From Squalus acanthias (lineage: Eukaryota): a DNA stretch of 64,000 nucleotides. Below, in pieces: positions 23,777 through 33,996 of the stretch. Below the pieces are notes generated by a model. That model was given only the letters and a program-made list of their open reading frames with translations. It was not told the origin of the DNA and made no database searches. Positions within the stretch are counted from its first letter, which is position 1. The number at the start of each line of letters is the position of its first letter. The translations under genes and the position numbers were made by a program. The stretch is from assembly GCA_030390025.1 (NCBI GenBank), contig CM059432.1:75022001-75086000 (forward strand), read 5' to 3'.

Positions 23777-25857
23777 AAGGATCATCTGGAGAAGAGTGGT
23801 CATAATATGATAAGTATTTCACTCTCAAACCCAATGTGAAATTCTAAGTCGAAAACGAGAGTCTTAAACTTAAATAAAGCCAATTACGTAGGTATGAGGA
23901 GCGAACTGGCTACTGTAGATTGGGAAATTAGATTAAAAGGTCTTACAGTAGATAAGCAGTGGCAGACATTTAAAGAAATATTCCAAAATTCTCAATGAAT
24001 ATACATTCAATTGAGAAATAAAAACTCCACGGGAAAGGTGATCCATCCGTGGCTAACTAAAGAAGTTAAGGATAGTACTAGATTAAAAGAGGCTTATAAT
24101 GTTGCGAAGAATAGCAGTAAGCCTGAGGATTGGGACAGCTTTAGAAACCAGCAAAGGATGACCAAAAAATTGATAAAAAGGAGAAAACAGAATGAGAGTA
24201 AACTAGCAAGAAATATAAGAACAAATCGTAAGAGCTTCTACAAGTATGTAAAAAGGAAGAGGGTAGCAAAAGTCGCTCAGAGACTGAGACAGGAGAAAAG
24301 TACTAGAGAAACTAATGGGACTAAAAGCCGACAAATCCCCTGGACCTGATGGCCTAAATCCTAGGCTTCTAAAATTGGTGGCTGCAGAGATAGTGGATGC
24401 ATTGGTTGTGACCTTCCAAAAATCCATTGATTCTAGAAGGGTCCCAGCGGATTGGAAGATCAGCAAATGTAACCCCGCTATTCAAGAAAGGAGGGAGATA
24501 GAAAACAGGGAACTACGGGCCAGTTAGCCTGACATCAGTTGTCGAGAAAATGTTGGAATCCATTATTAAGGAAGTGGTAAAAGGGCATTTAGAAAATCAT
24601 AATTTGATTAGGCAGAGTCAACATGATTTTATGAAAGGGAAATTGTGTTTAGCAAATTTATTAGAGCTTTTTTGAGGATGTAACTAGCAGGGTAGAAAAA
24701 GGGGAACCAGTGGATGTAGTATATTTGCATTTCCAAAAGGCATTTGATCAGGTGCCACAAAAAAGTTAAGGGTCTATGGGGTTGGGGGGTAATATATATT
24801 AGCATGGATAGAGGATTGGTTAATAGACAGAAAACAGTACGGTTAAACGGGTCATTTTCGGGATGGTAGGCTGTAAATGGTAGGGTGCCGCAAAGATCAG
24901 TGTTTGGCCCTCAGCTATTTATAATTTATGTTAATGACTTAGATGAAGGGACCGAGTGCAATGTATCCAAGTTTGTTGATGATAAAAAGCTAGGTGGGAA
25001 TGTAAGCTGTCTGGAGGACACAAAGAGCCTGCAAAGGGATATAGACCAAGTTACGCGAGTGAACAATAAGGTGGCAGATGGAGTATAATGTGGGGAAATG
25101 TGTGGTTATTCACTTTGGTAGGAAGAATAGAATGGTGAGAAACTATTAAATGTTGGTGTTCAGAGAGATTTAGATGTCCTTGTACAGGAAACACAGAGTT
25201 AGCATGCAGGTACAGCAAGCAATTAGTAAGGCAAATGGCATGTTGGCCTTTAATGTAAGGGGTTTGGAGTACAAGAGTAAGGAAGTCTTGCTACAATTGT
25301 ACAGGGCTTTGGTGAGACCACACCTGGAGTACTGTGCACAGTTTTGCTCTCCTCATCTGAGGAAGGATATACTTGCCTTAGAGGCGGTGGAACGAAGGTT
25401 CACTAGATTGATTCGTTGGGTTGTCCTATGAGGCGAGATTGAGCCTATACTCTCTGGCGTTTAGAAGAATGAGAGGTTGAAACATACAAGATTCTGAGGG
25501 GGATTGACAGGGTAGATGTGGAGGTTCTTTCCCCAGGCTGGTGAGTCTAGAACTAGGGGGCATAGTCTCAGGTTAAGGGGTCGGCCATTTAAGACTAAGA
25601 TAAGGAGGAATTTCTTCACTCCGAGGGTTTTGAATCTTTGGAATTCTCTACCCTAAAGGGCTGTGGATGCTGAATCATTGCGTATATTCAAGGCTGAGAT
25701 AGATAGATTTTTGGACTTGAGGGGAATCAAGGGATATGGAAATTGGGCGGGAAAGTATTGAGGTCGAAGATCAGCCATGATCTTATTGAATAGCGGAGCA
25801 GGATCAAGGGGGCGTATGGCCTACTCCTGCTCCTAATTCTTATGTTCTTATTTTCTT
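23777..25857 (+). mobile_element. Older 5'-truncated CR1 LINE
   Basis: KSPGPDG, KFVDDKKL and LYRALVRPHLEYC; 3' tail cctactcctgctcctaattcttatgttctta. Confidence 0.92.
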
Positions 25858-25864
25858 AAATGAC

Positions 25865-26165
25865 TAGATCATCCATTTTAGGCGTTGTTTGAGGAACAAA
25901 TGTTGCCCAGGACACTGGAAGAACTCCCCTGCTCTTCTTCAAAATAGTGCTATGGGATCTTATATGTCCACCTGAGAGGGCAGACATGAACCCAGTTTAA
26001 CGTCTCATTCTACTCATTCTAAAGATGGCATCTCCAACAGTTCTGCACTCCCTCAGTACTGGACGGAAGTGTCAGCCTAGATTATGTGCTCCAGTCTCTG
26101 GAGTGGGGCTTGACCCATGACCTTACGACTCAGAGGTCAGAGTAGTACCACTGAGCCAAGGCTGT
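25865..26165 (-). mobile_element. Deu-domain SINE, 5' half with tRNA-derived head
   Basis: The reverse complement aligns with 42647-42890; head cttggctcagtggtactactctgacctctgagtc. Confidence 0.8.
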
Positions 26166-26624
26166 TACGCAAGAAAGTTGAAGAACTCCCATTTTCACAA
26201 ATTGCATTGAGGAAAACAGTGCTCGAGTTCAAACAAAGCATTTAACTGTTGATTATCATTGATGAGGTCACGGTTTTTTTGGACACCTGTTCCTCTGGAC
26301 TGCTGACAATTTATCTCATCAGGAACTTCGCGTTTGTGTAATTCAACCCAAGAAAACACCAAACTTTGGCCTTGGTCTCCTGATTGATAAGTGACCTTGT
26401 TTTTAGTGAATTGTAGACTGAATTTAAGATATGCATATAAGCTCCCTAGTGGTGTAAAGTTTGGGGGAGGCACAGGAAGCTGGAAATGCTCAGATTGCAA
26501 AATAAAATAAATGAAAATGAACGGAAATAAAAATTGTTAAGAGTGAATATAGGACTCTCAACTGGTGATGTACACCATCTAGTGTGGCACTGAGCCACAG
26601 AGATCAGGAAGTCTAACAATAGCT

Positions 26625-27034
26625 GTCATTTACATACCACCATAGATAAATGTCCTAAGGTGCTTTACAAGGGTGTAAGGGAGAAAAAAAATGAACACCA
26701 AAGGAGGATATATTGGGAAGGGTGATCTAAACTTGGGTCATAAAGGAGAGCGAGGTGGAAAGGTTTAAGAAAGGAATTCCAGACAGTAGAGCCTAGGCAG
26801 CGGAAGGCATGGCCTCCAACGGTGGTGTGAAGGGAGGGGTTGCACAAGAGGTTGGGGGCAGAGTAAGAGAGGTCGAGGGCGGTAGTGGTGGAGGAGGCTA
26901 CAGGGATGAAGAGGGGTGAGGCAATGGTGGGATGAGAAATGTAAATTTGAAGCCATGGAGGACCAGGAGCCAATGTAGGTTAGCAAGGACAAGGGTGATT
27001 AATGAATGGGACTTGGAGCGTGATAGGATATGGG
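26625..27034 (-). mobile_element. L2 3' fragment
   Basis: TVGGHAFRCLGSTVWNSF; similar to 43072-43686. Confidence 0.75.
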
Positions 27035-30000
27035 TGATCGATGCTCAACGCCATGTATCGCCACATGCATGCTCTCGGCCTCTCTCTTCAGCAGCACCGA
27101 CTCACTCTATCTCAAAGCTGTCCTGGACCGCAGTTCCATTTCATCCTTCGCCTCATCCGGCGCTTTAACAAAAAACTTTTTTTTTCTTCCTTTCAGGTGT
27201 CAAGGATCACAAGCTTCAACAACTGTTGGACACCAACGCCCCTCCGGAACCTTCTTGCCCATCACTTACCTCTGACCCCATTCCTTCTTCTAATCTCACC
27301 CCCCTGCTGTGTGTTCACTATCCCCTCTGACCTTCCCCTCTCTGAACCCGAACGATTAGTCCTCAGCAAAGGCCTGAGCTTCATCCCCTTACGCACCACC
27401 ATCTCAATGAATTTTGAGCTCGGCACAACGTTGAGCTCTTTTTCCGTGACCTTTGTTTCTGTGCCCACTTCTTTGGTAAGGAGTCTTCTCCCCACATAGC
27501 TGACCCCTTCTCCCATTTTCAGAATTCTCGTTCTACCTGGACCCCCCTCCCTCTGGCCTCTTACCCTCTCTAGATCTTTCCACTGCGAACTGCCGGCGTG
27601 ACATCAGCCATCTCAATTTTTTTTTATTCGTTTATGGGATCTGGGCGTCGCTGGCAAGGCCAGCATTTATTGCCCATCCCTAATTGCCCTCGAGAAGGTG
27701 GTGGTGAGCCGCCTTCTTGAACCGCTGTAGTCGTGTGGTGAAGGTACTCCCACAGTGCTGTTAGGTAGGGGGTTCCTGGATTTTGACCCAGCGACAATGA
27801 AGGATCGGCGATATACTTCTAAGTCAGGATGGTGTGTGACATGGAGGGGAACTTGGAGGTGGTGGTGTTCCCATGCGCCTGCTGCCCTTGTCCTTCTAGG
27901 TGGAAGAGGTCACGGGTTTGGGAGGTGCTGTCGAAGCAGCCTTGGTAAGTTGCTGCAGTGTATCTTGTAGATGGTACACACTACAACCACGGTATGCCGG
28001 TGGTGGAGGAAGTGAATGTTTAAGGTGGTGGATGGGATGCCAATCAAGTGGGCTGCTTTGTCCTGGATGATGTCGAGCTTCTTGAGTGTTGTTGGAGCTG
28101 CACTCATCCAGGCAAGTGGACAGTATTCCATCACTCTCCTTACTTGTGCCTTGTAGATGGTGGAAAGGCTTTGGGGAGTCAGGAGGCGAGACACTCGCCG
28201 CAGAATACTTAGCCTCTGACCTGCTCTTGTTGCCACAGTATTTATGTGGCTGGTCCAGTTAGGTTTCTGGTCAATGGTGACCCTCAGGATGTTGATGGTG
28301 GGGGATGTGGCGATGGTAATACCGTTGAATGTCATGGGGAGGTGGTTAGACTCTCGTTTGTTGGAGGTAGCCATTGCCTGGCGCTTCTGTCGCGCGAATG
28401 CTACCTGCCACTTATCAGGCCAAGCCTGAACATCGTCCAGGTCTTGTTGCATGCAGGCATGGACTGCTTCATTATCTGAGGAGTTGTGAATGGTGCTGAA
28501 CACTGCAGTCATGAGCGAACATCCCCATTTCTGACTTTATGTTGGAGGGAAGGTCATTGATGAAGCAGCTGAAGATTGTTGGGCCTAGGACACTGCCCTG
28601 AGGAACTCCTGCAGCGATGTCCTGGGGCTGTGATGATTGACCTTCAACCACCACAACCATCTTCATTTGTGCTAGGTGTGACTCCAGCCAGTGGAGCATT
28701 TTCCCCCCGATTCCCAATGACTTCAGTTTTACTAGGGCTCCTTTGATGCCACACTCGGTCAAATGCTGCCTTGATGTCAAGGGCAGTCACTCTCACCTCA
28801 CCTCTGGAATTCAGCTCCTTTGTCCATGTTTGGACCAAGGCTGTAATGAGGTCGGGAGCAGAGTGGTCTTGGCGGAACCCAAACTGGGCATCAGTGAGCA
28901 GGCTATTGGTGAGCAAGTGCCGCTTGATAGCACTGTCGAGACACCTTCCATCACTTTGCTGATGATTGAGAGTAGACTGATGGGGCAGTAATTGGCCGGG
29001 TTGGATTTGTCCTGCTTTTTGTGGACAGGACATACCTGGGCAGTTTTCCACATTGTCGGATAGATGCCAGTGTTGTAGCTGTACTGGAACAGCTTGGCTA
29101 GAGGCACAGCTAGTTCTGGAGCACAATAGCCGGGATGTTGTTGGGGCCCATAGCCTTTGCTGTATCCAGTGCGCTCAGCCATTTCTTGATATCACGTGGA
29201 GTGAATCGAATTGGCTGAAGACTGGCGTCTGTGATGGTGGGGACCTCAGGAGTAGGCCGATATGGATCATCCACTCAGCACTTCTGGCTGAAGATGGTTG
29301 CAAACGCTTCAGCTTTGTCTTTTGCACTCACGTGCTGGGCTCCACCATCATAGAGGATGGGGATATTCATGGAGCCTCCTCCTCACGTTAGTTGTTTAAT
29401 GGTCCACCACCATTCACGACTGGATGTGGCAGGACTGCAGAGCTTTGATCTGATCTGTTGTTTGTGGGATCGCTTAGCCCTGTCTATAGCATGCTTTTTC
29501 CGCTTTTTAGTATGCATGTAGTCCTGTGTTGCAGCTTCCCCAGGTTGGCATCTCATTTTTAGGTACGCCTGGTGCTGCTCCTGGCATGCTCTTCTGCACT
29601 ACTCATTGAACCAGGGTTGGTCCCCTGGCTTGATGGTAATGGTAAAGTGAGGGATATGCCGGGCCATGAGGTTACAGATTGTGGTGGAATACAATTCTGC
29701 TGCTGCTGATGGCCCACAGTGCCTCATGGATGCCCAGTTTTGAGCTGCTAGATCTGTTCTGAATCTATTCCATTTAGCATGGTGGTAGTGCCACACAACA
29801 CGAAGGAGGGTGTCCTCCGTGTGAAGACGGGACTTCGTCTCCACAATGACTGTGCGGTGGTCACTGCTACTAATACTGTCATGGACAGATGCATCTGCGA
29901 CAGGTGGATTGGTGAGGACGAGGTCAAGTAGGTTTTTCCCTCGTGTTGGTTCTCTCACTGTCGCAGGCCCAGACTGGCAGTTATATCCTTCAGGACTCGG

Positions 30001-30615
30001 CCAGCTTGGTCAGTAGTGGTGATGGACACTGAAGTCCTCCACCCAGAGTACATTCTGTGCCCTTGCTACTCTCAGTGCTTCTTCCAAGTGGTGTTCAACA
30101 TGGAGGATTACTGATTCATCAGCTGAGGGAGGGCGGTAGGTGGTAATTAGCAGGATATTTCCTTGCCTATGCTTGACCTGAAGCCATGAGATTTCATGGG
30201 GTCCGGAGTCAATGTTGAGCACTCCCAGGGCCACTTCTTCCCGACTGTATACCACTGTGCTGCCACCCCTGGTGGGTCTGTCCTGCCGGTGGGATAGGAC
30301 ATACTCAGGGATGGTAATGGAGGAGTTTGGGACATTGGTTGAAAGGCATGATTCTGTGAGTATGACTATGTCAGGCTGTTGCTTGACTGGTCTGTGGGAC
30401 AGCTCTCCCAATTTTGGCACAAGTCCCCAGATGTTGGTGAGGAGGACTCTGCAGGGTCGATTGGGCTGGGTGTTTCGTTGCTGTGTGCATAGACAGTGCC
30501 GAGGTTGATGCCGGGTGGTCCGTCCGGTTTCATTCTTATTATTGTGTTTCGTAGCGGTTTGTTACAACTGAGTGGCTTGCTAGGTCATTTCAGAGGGCAG
30601 TTAAGAGTCAACCAC

Positions 30616-31109
30616 TCGAGGAACAGCACCTCATCTTTCGTTTAGGCACGCTACAGCCCTCTGGACTCAATATCGAGTTCAACAATTTTAGATCATAACC
30701 TCAGCTCCAATCACATTTATATTTTATTTTATCCACCCTTTTATTTGTCCCCCCCACCTTTTTTTTCCTCCTAGAAGCTGGCAGCTGTCCTTCATTCTGC
30801 CAGTAGATTTCACACTTCATTCAGCCTTAATCTGTCACATTAACACCACCTCTAGCCTTGCATATCTCTTAATGTCTCTTAATGTCTCTTCATCTCCTCC
30901 TTTGTTCCTTTATCCCCTCCCCCTTTTCCCAGCTTTACCCTGGCCTTAAATCTATTTGATTTCCAGCTCTTCCCAGTTCTGATGAAAGGTCATCGACCTG
31001 AAACGTCAACTCTCTTTCTCTCTCCACGGATGCTGCCTGGCCTGCTGAGTTTTTCCAGCGTTTTCTGTTGTTATTTCGGATTTCCAGCATCTGCAGTATT
31101 TTGCTATCG
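30616..31109 (+). mobile_element. Penelope family-2-type 3' fragment nested in the family-B 5' UTR
   Basis: 14-bp TSD taagagtcaaccac at 30602-30615 and 31110-31123; encodes EEQHLIFRLGTLQPSGLNIEFNNFRS-stop; pseudo-LTR similar to 33170-33340. Confidence 0.92.
30975..31011 (+). ncRNA. Minimal type I hammerhead ribozyme with intact core
   Basis: agtt ctgatga a aggtc atc gacct gaaa cgtc aact: stem I AGUU/AACU, stem II AGGUC/GACCU, palindromic ACGU, GUC cleavage triplet ending at 31007. Confidence 0.88.
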
Positions 31110-33203
31110 TAAGAGTCAACCACGCTGCTGTGGGTCTGGAGTCACATATCGGCCAGACCAGGTAAGGACAGCAGATTTCCTTCCCTAAAGGACATTAGTG
31201 AACCAGATGGGTTTTTACGACAATCCGATAGTTTCATGGTCACCATTACTGATACTAGCTTTTTATTCCAGATTTATTTAATTAACTGAATTTAAATTCC
31301 CCAGCTGCGGTGGTGGGATTTAAACTCACGTCTCTGGATCACTAGCCCAGTGACATTACCACTACGCTACCGTTCCCGTTCCCTCTGCTCCCCTCACCTC
31401 ACTCCAACCTACCTCCCTCTGAACTTGCAGCAATCCGTTCTCTCAGTTCCAACCCCAACATCGTCATTAAACCTGCTGACAAGGGTGGCACTCTTGTTTG
31501 GCGAACCGTTTTCTACCTTGCGGAGGCTGAACGCCAACTCTGATACCTCCTCCTATCTCCCCCTCGACCATGACCCCAGCACCGAACATCAACCCATCGT
31601 TTCCAAGACTGCCACTGTCCTCATCTCCTCTGGAGATCTTCCCTCCACAGCCGCCAACCTCAGTTCCCCAACCCTGCACAGCCCACTTCTACCTCCTTCC
31701 AAAAATCCACAAACAGGACTGCCCTGGTAGACGCATCGTTTCAGCCTGTTCTTGCCCCACGGAACTGATTTCTTCCTATCTTGACACTATTTTTTCTCCC
31801 CTCGTCCAGTCTCTTACCACCTACATCTGCGACTCTTCCGACGCCCTCCGCCACTTTAACAGTTTCCAGTTTCCTGGCCCCAACCGTCTCATTTTCACTA
31901 TGGACATCCAATCCCTCTACACCTCCATCACCCACCAGGATGTCCCGAGGGCGCTCCGCTTCTTCCTTGAACAGAGGCCCAACCAGTCCCCATCCACCAT
32001 AACCCTCCTCCGCCTGGCTGACCTTGTTCTCACATTGCACAACTTCTCCTTTGACTCCACTCACTTCCTCCAAATTAAAGGTGTTGCTATGGGAGCCCGC
32101 ATGTTCCGAGCTATGCCTGTCTTTTCGTGGGATATGTGAACATTCTTTATTCCAGTTCTACTCGGGTCCCCTCCCTCACTTTTTTTCCCCCCGGTACATT
32201 GATGTCTGTATCGGTGCCGTTTCCTGCTCTATCCCTGAACTAGAAAATTTCATTCATTATGCTTCCAATTTCCACCCTTCCCTCACCTTCACATGGTCCA
32301 TCTCCAACTTTTCCCTTCCCTTCCTCAACTTCTCTGTCTCCTTTTCTGGCGATAGGCTATCGAAAACATCCACTATAAGCCCACTAACTCCCACAACTAC
32401 ACTGCCTCCTAATCCGCTTCCTGTAAGGACTCTATTCCATACTCCCAGTTGCTCAGTCTCCTTTGCATCTGTTCGGATGATGCCACTTTCCAAACTAGTG
32501 CTTCCAATATGTCTTCCTTTTTTCCTCAAATCGAAGATTCCCCTCTACCGTGCTTGACATGGCCCTAGACTGTGTCGGTTCCATTTCCCGCACTTCTGCT
32601 CTCATCCCTTCCCATCCCTTCCAGAATCACAATAGCCTCCACATTCAATGGATCATCCTCCGCCATTTTCGCCACCGCATGATCCCACCACCAAACACAT
32701 CTTCCCCTCCCCTCCCCTTTCAGCATTCAGAAAGGACCGCTCCCTCCGCAACACCCTGGTCCACTCCTCAATCACCCCCAACACCCACTCCCCTTCCCAT
32801 GGCACCTTCCCGTGCAAGCGCAGGAGATGCAACACCTGCCCTTTTACCTTCTCCGTTCCCACCGTCCAGGGCCCAAAACACTCCTTCCAGGTGGAACAGC
32901 GAGTTACTTGTACTTCGTGCAATTTAGTATACTGTATTCGCTGCTCACAATGCGGTCTCCTCTACATTGTAGAAACCAACGCAGATTGGGTGACCGCTTT
33001 GCAGAACACCTCAATTCAGTCCGTAAGCGTGACCCCGAGCTACCGGTCACTTCAATTCTCTGTTCCACTCCCACTCTGACCGCTCTGTCATTTAGTCACT
33101 CCTGCCTTCCACCCTATCACAGATCTTCCCTTTTGTTCTTTCCTCCCCTCCCCTTTCCCTGCCCCCACACTTGGTTAAAATCTGATATATCTCTAACTTT
33201 TTC

Positions 33204-33242
33204 CAGTTCGGATGAAAGGTTATCGACCTGAAACGTCAACTG
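33204..33242 (+). ncRNA. Degenerate minimal hammerhead (core U4 to G)
   Basis: cagtt cGgatga a aggtt atc gacct gaaa cgtc aactg. Confidence 0.7.
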
Positions 33243-33371
33243 TGTTTCTCTCTCCACAGATGCTGCCTGACCTGCTGAGTATTTCCAGCATTTTCAGTTT
33301 TTATTTCAGATTTCCAGCATCCACAGTATTTTGCTTTTGTATGGGTAACCTAGGTCTGGTACTTAAATACT

Positions 33372-33996
33372 GCCACATAAATACTGTGGCAACAAGAGCA
33401 GGTCAGAGGCTAGGTATTCTGCGGTGAGTGTCTCACCTCCTAACTCCCCAAAGCCTTTCCACCATCTACAAGGCACAAGTCAGGAGTGTGATGGAATACT
33501 CTCCACTTGCCTGGATGAGTGCAGCTCCAACAACACTCAAGAAGCTCGACACCATCCAGGACAAAGCAGCCCACTTGATTGGCACCCCATCCACCACCTT
33601 AAAGATTCACTCCCTCCACCACCGGCGTACCGTGGCTGCAGTGTGTACCATCTACAAGATGCACTGCAGTAACTCGCCAAGGCTTCTCCGGCAGCACCTC
33701 CCAAACCCGCAACCTCTTCCACCTAGAAGGACAAGGGCAGCAGACACATGGGAACACCACCACCTCCAAGTCACACACCATCCTGACTTAGAAGTATATT
33801 GCCGATCCTTCATCATCGCTGGGTCAAAATCCTGGAACTCCCTCCCTAACAGCACTGTGGGAGTACCTTCACCACACGGACTGCAGCGGTTCAAGGCGGC
33901 GGCTCACCACCACCTTCTCAAGGGCAGTTAGGGATGGGCAATAAATGCTGGCCTTGCCAGCGACGCCCACATCCCATATACGAATAATTAAAAAAA
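33372..33996 (+). mobile_element. Family-B LINE 3' portion, apparent continuation of 16228-18900
   Basis: Starts with the 17-mer that ends the 16228-18900 copy; YKAQVRSVMEYSPLAW..WNSLP; A-rich tail. Confidence 0.92.

Larger units (their letters stand above)
27617..31383 (-). mobile_element. Full-length family-B LINE: tRNA-like head, 5' UTR, single APE-RT ORF (decayed), poly(A) tail
   Basis: Poly(T) on plus at 27617-27625; APE and RT motifs PDIVILTES, YRPPS, LDIKAAFDRVWH, GVPQGSVLGP and YKAQVR; head ggtagcgtagtggtaatgtcactgg at about 31305-31377. Confidence 0.92.
27035..33371 (+). mobile_element. Penelope-like element (family 2), decayed, split by the family-B LINE at 27617-31383
   Basis: N-terminal part LSEPERLVLSKGLSFIP (about 27330-27390). 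After 31384: KPADKG, YLLPKIHK, MDIQSLYTSI, GVAMG, RYIDV and GIY-YIG LVYCIRC..LYIVET; pseudo-LTR and tail at 33100-33371. Confidence 0.9.

Noticed and set aside
26195..26500. 101-aa minus-strand ORF as an ASPH exon or small gene
   Set aside because: No resemblance to ASPH or any family I recognise, and no convincing splice sites.
31305..31377. Genuine tRNA genes at the family-B and HE1 heads
   Set aside because: Acceptor stems are imperfect, there is no downstream T-run terminator, and each head is fused to a retroposon body.
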